Source of the DNA: a virus
Length of the DNA: 64,000 nt
Virus record (IMG/VR): IMGVR_UViG_3300009702_000001
Span: 1-64,000 of that record
Strand: one strand, 5' to 3'
Below are positions 61,001-64,000 of the stretch, piece after piece. Positions within the stretch are counted from its first letter, which is position 1, and each line of letters opens with the position of its first letter. A model generated the notes under the pieces. It did no database searches. It was given only the letters and a program-made list of their open reading frames with translations, and was not told the origin of the DNA. A program made the position numbers and the translations under genes.

Positions 61001-61034
61001 TATAGATATTCGCTCTTTTGTCACCCGTAGGCAT
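58008..61034 (-). CDS. tail fibre protein (1008 aa)
   Basis: Large Gly/Thr/Asn/Asp-rich ORF directly after baseplate-like genes. The call is from size, composition and position. Confidence 0.65.
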   Translation of the reverse strand: MPTGDKRANIYNKRNMPQEAWDLHFFRFLDDKINDTTQAAFLQSGILGDETIGLTGPFPGQDVFGLDLTLEDRVMDGFGHIIDLGVYASLFGSPITAYFENALGVDYYVGIRYQEKPDDVERNPRSSEPEYPWFQDTIGEKGTPDNVTDNGTYIRLEIDGILENGVDHSRGPAIVWLNNPVSPDDSIAYYTGTVGYAAGINYVDIPYSPSQGPLGQTAPEFTISLDALDYQVLIPGVSWFRNTDISTDNNYAFIGKVIGAGAGTAPTVFDISGQRPVFLISLDRAYRANSPDDPAPGRTIFADKEAVRFKQSATVSGAEDSINEAFRIDQLSQGGAFFSKGATVLSGYHGGAGLSGGWSHYLSLTDGTGGDLEATEAFTGLSGTATVQLTRVGVDLLTKFTPWFTGDGILCKITGTTGGALDGWYYASGSGVTVNTFDIMNADFSPVVFPAGTGGNIQIVAPLVGSFQPDWIGSGSYGDLGAHFFGFPAWANGFSINAYGEIVDPGRTKYIQFTNRDDSGNQNSWGEFYAGRFRLMGGGIKGSYTRTGQTDTIGHAQWTSDKLTGNFGSDWTPAETRTEWGFDYRGAHWGKTGADIPPFQLGFTYRIPLWDSSGDFEFEEDFIYYTGADTLEFTRVGFDNTNMPFQVSSNPNTVLCEIEVDAPFEYNSGVYFATQKVSTNRIRFEKVDGTVPIFNPGITGKCRFYGGVFQGAINNDSFVGSSDAFLVNLLSPQKRMGGIRYAHHTDDLIGSTDWNFAAWFTNVDEPMFAIRDGGVTFARALTTKSPFTLGNLVQWDQIDTSLYTGDLAKIDVLSVIGGTRKIEVEGAFPGNFIYPQSGPITGTNRAQSLVAGHASFTHASFTSAWKINTSDNRGIECTVTTGQREYWQFPLDLPDGVTLEGVFIRGKPMVGLNSSASMGFAVYRQSHMSGSSATLLGGPAVRWSGGDGVTQTPFYNCTVDNTIYNGSYDYFVKLESSSPTGATGTDRVYWASSVMDVTALGNCLLYGR

Positions 61035-61049
61035 TGCGTTTGCTCCGTT

Positions 61050-62750
61050 CTATGGGTTGGGACCAACCCGGGAAATGTCCAAGGGGTATTCCCATAACTC
61101 GGTTTCTTCAATCCAGACTTCGGAATTGGGACCGGAAGCAAGGGCAATGTTGCCGCTTGTAAATCCCGGCCCAACAATTGTTCCATCAATAAATAAATTA
61201 CCGTCAACAAAAACCCGGACCCTTACGTCCCCCGAAGTATGGTTGTACGTTTCAACCATATAGCTCCAATACGTTTCCGGGTTCAATGACGGATGCGTGG
61301 CAACTCCGATGGTTGTTAATACCCCGCCAATGATACTATGCAACGTAACTATCCCCGTCCCGAATCCAGTGTATTGGATTGCAATTTGAAAATAATTGTT
61401 TTCATCTTGCCAGTAAAACGGAAAAGCAAAATCCCCGGTTGCCGAACCCAACGCGGCTTTAACCTTCCATTGGAACGTTTCCCAATCGGCCGTTGGTCTT
61501 GTGCAAATCAAACCGCCCCATTGCGCCGAAGAAGTAAGGGTCAACTTTCCGTCCGCAACAATCGCGGAATCAAGCGAAAACGGGGACGCGGTTATTTCTT
61601 CCCATTGCCCCAAGTCATTCGGGGTTTGGAATAGGTCCATGAAATCGACATAAACAACGTTGAAGCGTTCACTTGACGGCCGTTGAAGGTCAAGCAACTT
61701 TTCAAGCAACTCCCGGTCAAGTTCCCCTTGTCCTGTTTTTTCGTCAACAACTCGGACTTCCGTTAGGTATTCATCATAAGGGAATGCAATGAACCATGAA
61801 AGGGAATTGTCCCCCCTGGGGAACCAATCCCCAATATCAACATACCAAATTTCCGCGTTGATATCCACGTCAACAATTTCATAAAGTCCGTTCAAACTCG
61901 GACTTCCCGTGTCATCAAAGATAACAATGAATCCCCCAATATCATCCGTCTTGGGAAGTTGGGACAAACTTGAAAACGTATAAGGGGTAGAATCAAACCG
62001 CGTAATTCCGTCAAACCCGGAGCGGAAGAAGTTGCGGGTTTTCACGGAAATCATGTTGGGGTCTGTATTCCGCAAGTCTTCTTCAATGCGCGTTTCCCCA
62101 ACGATAAAACGGAAGTCAAAAAAGTCCCGAACCTTGAAGCGGTTGCCGGTTACCATTCGGATTGCGGCTTCAACGCCGGAGTCCAACCAACGTTTCCGCC
62201 AGAATTCAATTGCCCTGGAAATGATGCGCCGCAATTGTTCTTCGGTTGCCGTCCCAAGAATATCAATCAGGTCCGAACCGAACCCAACCAACCGGGCAAG
62301 GGAACGCAGGTAAGGTTCTTCGATTTCCTCGGGGTCATATAGGGTATTCAGGTTTGACCCTGCCCTATACATATTGAACCAAACTTCTTCCGGCCCGAGC
62401 AAGAAACGTTCAAGCAACCGCGTCCCGCCGATTGCCCTGTTTTGGTCCCGGTCCCGCAACGCCCGAATGATGAAGCGGTAAATGATGAACGGGAAATTCT
62501 CAAGGTCCCCGGCCGTTGGCCGATACCCCAGGAAGGCGTCAACAATCGGGGTCAATTCCCCATATTGATATCCAGGGTCCCCGACCCCCGGACTCGGACC
62601 CGGGGGGTTGACAGGGGGAACAATGGGGGGAGTAGGGGAAAACGGATTCCCGAACCAATACCAAAGGGAGATATCCCCGAAATCATCTTGGGCCGCAAGG
62701 TTACCCCCGGCATTGTAGGGGTCAAGAATAATTGCGGGATAGTCTGCCAT
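61050..62750 (-). CDS. baseplate/tail-fibre connector protein (N-terminus resembles P2 gpI-type tail protein)
   Basis: LNTLYDPEEIEEPYLRSLARLVGF resembles the gpI-family 'l.dp...p..fL.wLA.w.G' motif. The C-terminal half is beta-rich and lectin-like by composition. Confidence 0.55.
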   Translation of the reverse strand: MADYPAIILDPYNAGGNLAAQDDFGDISLWYWFGNPFSPTPPIVPPVNPPGPSPGVGDPGYQYGELTPIVDAFLGYRPTAGDLENFPFIIYRFIIRALRDRDQNRAIGGTRLLERFLLGPEEVWFNMYRAGSNLNTLYDPEEIEEPYLRSLARLVGFGSDLIDILGTATEEQLRRIISRAIEFWRKRWLDSGVEAAIRMVTGNRFKVRDFFDFRFIVGETRIEEDLRNTDPNMISVKTRNFFRSGFDGITRFDSTPYTFSSLSQLPKTDDIGGFIVIFDDTGSPSLNGLYEIVDVDINAEIWYVDIGDWFPRGDNSLSWFIAFPYDEYLTEVRVVDEKTGQGELDRELLEKLLDLQRPSSERFNVVYVDFMDLFQTPNDLGQWEEITASPFSLDSAIVADGKLTLTSSAQWGGLICTRPTADWETFQWKVKAALGSATGDFAFPFYWQDENNYFQIAIQYTGFGTGIVTLHSIIGGVLTTIGVATHPSLNPETYWSYMVETYNHTSGDVRVRVFVDGNLFIDGTIVGPGFTSGNIALASGPNSEVWIEETELWEYPLDISRVGPNP

Positions 62751-62781
62751 TTTTTACGCTCCGGGCTCGGTTCGCTTCTTC

Positions 62782-63714
62782 TTACAATAGGGGGTCAACC
62801 GCCGAACCCCAAGGGACCCCCATTTCCCCGATTACCATAAGGTCCCCGCCTTCCAATGTGTCCCCCGTTGAACGGTTGCCAGGGACCCGAAGGATACCGG
62901 GCAAGCCCCCTTTTACGTGTTTATAAGGTGCCGTGATAGAAACGGCAATCATGCCCAAGGTTTGTTGTTTCCCGGCATAGGGGTCCGCTGGCATATCATC
63001 CATGAAATAGGTATTGCCGGCATTGGGGTCCGCAATCAGGTATTCAATCCCCGCGCCGGCCCCCGGATGAAAACAACGCCTTGTCCCGGCATTGGAAGAT
63101 GATTGCCAAGTTGACATATCCCAAGGGGTATCATTTTGAGCGCAACTGAAAAACCCCAAGTATGGTTCGGTATCGGCCGCGTCCGCGTTCATTTTCAAGA
63201 AACAAAGATTGAATGCGTTATTGACACCGTTGATTCCAAACATGATAAATGACAAGCCCGAGTCATCAACTGCAACGCTTTTATAATGCGCCGCGTTTTG
63301 CCCAACGTCATCATTGCTAGGGGCTTGATAAACATACGTTGCCGGATTGTTGCTTGACCCCGGGGTTGTGTCTACATCGGCATCGGAAGCCGGCAACCCG
63401 ATTTCGAATCCACCTTGCGCGGCCCAACTGAAAACGAAGTTGGTTCCCGAAACTTGAACAACGATTTGGGCGCCCCCGGCATTTTCCAAACAGAACCAAG
63501 CAAGGTCATTGACTCCCGTGATACTCGGGAACGATGGAAGCAAATCGGTCCCCGCCATATCATAAGAACCCCCGGTCCCCGTTCCGGTTCCAACAACCGT
63601 CCAAGGAACGGTTGCCGCTTTCAAAAGGTCTTTTAGCAAGACAAGCGTTTGCCGAGCCCGGTCATTTCCGGACGCTCCGTTGATATGATTGTTGCGGGAA
63701 GTTGTCCAAGTCAT
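62782..63714 (-). CDS. structural (baseplate/fibre-associated) hypothetical protein
   Basis: 310-aa ORF within the baseplate/fibre block. Confidence 0.5.
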   Translation of the reverse strand: MTWTTSRNNHINGASGNDRARQTLVLLKDLLKAATVPWTVVGTGTGTGGSYDMAGTDLLPSFPSITGVNDLAWFCLENAGGAQIVVQVSGTNFVFSWAAQGGFEIGLPASDADVDTTPGSSNNPATYVYQAPSNDDVGQNAAHYKSVAVDDSGLSFIMFGINGVNNAFNLCFLKMNADAADTEPYLGFFSCAQNDTPWDMSTWQSSSNAGTRRCFHPGAGAGIEYLIADPNAGNTYFMDDMPADPYAGKQQTLGMIAVSITAPYKHVKGGLPGILRVPGNRSTGDTLEGGDLMVIGEMGVPWGSAVDPLL

Positions 63715-63762
63715 TTGTTGCTTCCTTCCATCCTTGGAACCCTACGGGTTGAAGGTCCGCAA

Positions 63763-64000
63763 TCATCGGGTCAAGGGTAAATACGTCCGTTGAAAAGTTG
63801 AATTGGTTTGCATCAATGCCCCGGTAATGAAACCCCATGTTTCATCAAACAAGGAACCTTGACCCCCGAACATGAAATTTTGTTTCAGCCGCGCCCCAAC
63901 TTGTCCCATCATATTGTTGAACGCCCGTAATATAACTCGGGTCATCCAATTCCCCAGGGGCGCCCCATCCCCCAAAGGAAATAACCCTAGACTGCCCCGG
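63763..64000 (-). CDS. C-terminal part of a protein whose start probably lies beyond the right window edge
   Basis: The frame ending at 63763 stays open up to nt 64000, and the ORF-track start at 63975 is TTG. Confidence 0.4.
   Translation of the reverse strand, partial: RGSLGLFPLGDGAPLGNWMTRVILRAFNNMMGQVGARLKQNFMFGGQGSLFDETWGFITGALMQTNSTFQRTYLPLTR

Noticed and set aside
1-64000. A diversity-generating retroelement or retron associated with the tail-fibre genes or the non-coding block
   Set aside because: No reverse-transcriptase-like ORF (no YxDD-type motif context) is present in the window, and I found no template/variable repeat pair matching the 3' ends of the fibre genes.

Overview
This window looks like one contiguous piece of a large (>64 kb) tailed dsDNA bacteriophage or prophage genome. 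GC is roughly 50% and the expression signals are bacterial: TTGACA-N16-18-TATAAT-like promoters, GGAG/GGAAGG Shine-Dalgarno sites often preceded by AACAACG, and GC hairpin plus T-run terminators. About 110 genes are present, nearly all on the minus strand, tightly packed and often coupled by ATGA or TGATG overlaps. Read right to left on the minus strand, the order is as follows. (1) Baseplate and tail-fibre genes (64000-58008). (2) A membrane/lipoprotein cluster (57981-55444). (3) A large replication-recombination module: SF2 helicase, DnaB, DnaG-type primase, a sigma factor, a cell-wall hydrolase cluster, DnaE (Pol III alpha), a gp32-like SSB, RecA-like, SbcCD, MazG, two HNH endonucleases, RuvC-like, FEN and UDG. 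(4) Three tRNAs: Leu-CAA, Gln-TTG, Glu-TTC. (5) A beta-helix tailspike-like gene and an amidase endolysin. (6) A run of small orphan genes, most with their own near-consensus promoter and several followed by a terminator, and a small serine recombinase. (7) A 1.85-kb ORF-free, repeat-rich block (11972-13820) and more small genes. (8) A plus-strand accessory island (4984-7546) with a NYN nuclease and a zinc-ribbon/wHTH protein. (9) A small-terminase-like gene, the large terminase and the portal. The portal runs off the left edge, has no in-window stop and is therefore missing from the ORF track. Most products are orphans. Functional calls rest on motifs I recognise by eye, not on searches. Many ORF-track starts were moved to internal ATGs that have an SD or a coupling overlap. 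The observations I rate highest are: an in-frame TAG separating the SSB gene from an extension ending in an SSB-type acidic tip; the 1.85-kb non-coding block with iteron-like motifs; a family of strong promoters whose predicted transcription start coincides with an in-frame ATG upstream of the SD-led start; and the opposite-strand NYN/wHTH island. I found no CRISPR array, reverse transcriptase, suppressor tRNA or evidence for genome-wide stop-codon reassignment.
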